Source: an uncultured Bacilli bacterium
GTDB lineage: Bacteria; Bacillota_I; Bacilli_A; RF39; UBA660
Length of the DNA stretch: 64,000 nucleotides
Reading direction: 5' to 3'
Assembly (NCBI GenBank): GCA_934096175.1
Contig: CAKOLG010000002.1
Location: forward strand, 276 to 64,275
Shown here: positions 63,273-64,000 of the stretch, in pieces
Layout of the letters: each line of letters begins with the position of its first letter
Numbering within the stretch: position 1 is the stretch's first letter
Position numbers and translations under genes: made by a program
The notes under the pieces: generated by a model
The model's input: only the letters and a program-made list of their open reading frames with translations
What the model was told of the DNA's origin: nothing
Database searches by the model: none

Positions 63273-63995
63273 ATGGAAAAATATTATCCAAACCACGTTG
63301 CAATAATAATGGACGGTAATAGAAGATGGGCTAAAAAAAATGGCTTATTGCCTTTAAAAGGTCATCAAAAGGGTTGTGAAAATATTCAATCATTAGTACC
63401 CTATATCATAAACAAAGGTGTTAAATATTTAAGCATTTTTGCTTTTTCAACTGAAAATTTTAAGCGTTCAACCGAAGAAGTAAAATATTTAATGGATCTT
63501 TTTGTTAATTGGTTTAACAAAGAATGCGAAAATATTCACAACGAAAATATTAAAATAATTTTTTCTGGGCGAAAAGAAAATTTAAGACCAGACGTTTTAA
63601 AAGCAATGGAATACGTTACAGAAAAAACAAAAAATAATACAAAAGGGATTCTTAACATATGCTTAAACTATGGAGGGCAACAAGAAATTGTTGATGCAAC
63701 AAAAAAGATTTCTGAGTCCGTAGCCAATGGTTTACTAAATATTGAAGACATAAATGAACAAACCATATATAAATATTTGTATAATGAATTACCACCTATT
63801 GACTTTTTAATTAGAACTAGTGGAGAAGAACGCATCAGTAATTTTATGATTTATCAACTAAGTTATGCTGAATTTTATTTTACAAACGTTTTGTTCCCAG
63901 ATTTTAATAAAGACGAATTTGAAAAAGCAATAGATAAATTTAATACAAGAGAAAGAAGATTTGGAGGTAACGCAAATGAAAACAAGAGTAATTAG
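63273..63995 (+). CDS. uppS: isoprenyl transferase (undecaprenyl-diphosphate synthase)
   Basis: HVAIIMDGNRRWAKKNGL, IRTSGEERISNF, RERRFGG. ATG at 63273 follows GAAGGA. Confidence 0.93.
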   Translation: MEKYYPNHVAIIMDGNRRWAKKNGLLPLKGHQKGCENIQSLVPYIINKGVKYLSIFAFSTENFKRSTEEVKYLMDLFVNWFNKECENIHNENIKIIFSGRKENLRPDVLKAMEYVTEKTKNNTKGILNICLNYGGQQEIVDATKKISESVANGLLNIEDINEQTIYKYLYNELPPIDFLIRTSGEERISNFMIYQLSYAEFYFTNVLFPDFNKDEFEKAIDKFNTRERRFGGNANENKSN

Positions 63996-64000
63996 TGCTA
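63976..64000 (+). CDS. cdsA: probable start of phosphatidate cytidylyltransferase (3' end outside window)
   Basis: Only MKTRVISA is visible. RBS GGAGG lies 8 nt upstream. The call rests on the usual uppS-cdsA order. Confidence 0.35.

Noticed and set aside
1-64000. Mollicutes-type genetic code (UGA = Trp), given the extreme AT-richness.
   Set aside because: All conserved genes are intact under the standard code. UGA is used as a terminator (for example the vanY-like gene at 5311-5313 and acyltransferase-3 at 27234-27236). Sporulation and cell-wall genes are present.

Overview
AT-rich window (about 70% A+T by eye, not computed), densely coding and mostly on the + strand. Long ORFs close on TAA, TAG or TGA, so the standard bacterial code applies and UGA is a stop. 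spoVS and cotE homologues point to a low-GC spore-forming Bacillota; an Erysipelotrichales- or Clostridia-like gut lineage is a guess only. I see no rRNA, CRISPR array, transposase, integrase or obvious prophage. Content in order: (i) nucleoside salvage and housekeeping genes (cdd, udp, BI-1, a CsoR-like repressor, mnmA, a VanY-type peptidase), a tRNA-Glu with anticodon CUC, and a T-box-controlled gltX. (ii) A 1352-aa BspA-type LRR surface protein. (iii) A roughly 14-kb Wzx/Wzy-type capsule/EPS locus at 13.4-27.2 kb. It holds the CpsC/D/B tyrosine-kinase module, a priming transferase, two GT4 and one GT2 glycosyltransferases, two pyruvyl transferases (one fused to an FrhB-like 2x[4Fe-4S] domain), two acyl/acetyl transferases, an EpsG-type polymerase and a flippase. 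(iv) Mixed genes: an M14 peptidase, a Csp-like protein, VanZ, tRNA-Arg(CCU), galE, and a COG0523 metallochaperone with a perfect 3x30-bp His/Cys-coding tandem repeat directly coupled to gpmI. (v) A bicistronic PIG-L deacetylase plus YfhO envelope-glycosylation unit. (vi) A HAD/membrane/methyltransferase/PP2C/DUF1292 operon. (vii) A NifU-like plus GGGtGRT gene pair of unknown function, a lone sufB, pta, a short ssb, and a catalytically degenerate RNase J paralogue. (viii) An exact 21-bp inverted repeat bracketing 107 bp upstream of a secreted protein. (ix) A cadherin-like surface protein, a truncated Rel with an E-to-Q change in the synthetase motif, cotE, rpsP, a KH protein, uppS and the start of cdsA. 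The best candidates for uncharacterised biology are the NifU-like/GGGtGRT module, the inverted-repeat cassette in front of the secreted protein, the extracytoplasmic PIG-L/YfhO pair, the COG0523-gpmI coupling and the pyruvyl-transferase/FrhB-like fusion. All functional calls rest on motifs read by eye, with no database search.
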